From NCBI GenBank assembly GCA_040437565.1, contig JBDOQK010000073.1:117233-137232 (forward strand): a stretch of DNA of 20,000 bases, written 5' to 3'. Position 1 is the stretch's first letter, and each line of letters starts with the position of its first letter. The notes beneath the pieces are model-generated. The model did no database searches. It worked only from the letters and a program-made list of their open reading frames with translations, and was not told the origin of the DNA. The DNA comes from Albugo candida (lineage: Eukaryota). Shown in pieces: positions 19,979 to 20,000 of this stretch. A program made the position numbers and the translations under genes.

Positions 19979-20000
19979 AAAGGGCTGCGATGGGGCCCCT

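Overview
Eukaryotic, most likely oomycete (Albugo-like; inferred from ~55-nt introns, the element families present and a CHxC/CCG-type motif), gene-sparse and repeat-rich scaffold segment with five 100-N gaps (705-804, 4663-4762, 6565-6664, 16319-16418, 17368-17467). It contains: (1) the spliced 5' end of a kinesin motor-domain gene (371-704, +); (2) a 7 x 114-bp tandem array (3865-4662) whose minus strand looks like a repeated exon-intron module; (3) two fold-back inverted repeats at contig ends, probably artefacts; (4) an old, heavily decayed L1/Tx1-like LINE on the minus strand (about 13985 down to 5900), split inside its RT domain by a degenerate Ty3/Gypsy gag-pol (8488-12714) that has no visible LTRs, stops inside integrase and is bounded by a perfect 19-bp direct repeat; (5) a younger copy of the same LINE family (17005-18150, -); (6) a probable pseudogene of a secreted CHxC/CCG effector (start 19199, -); (7) tRNA-Asn(GTT) head-to-head, 2 bp apart, with a degenerate tRNA-His-like sequence. 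I found no prokaryotic-type system (CRISPR etc.). All calls come from reading the sequence by eye; no database searches were run.
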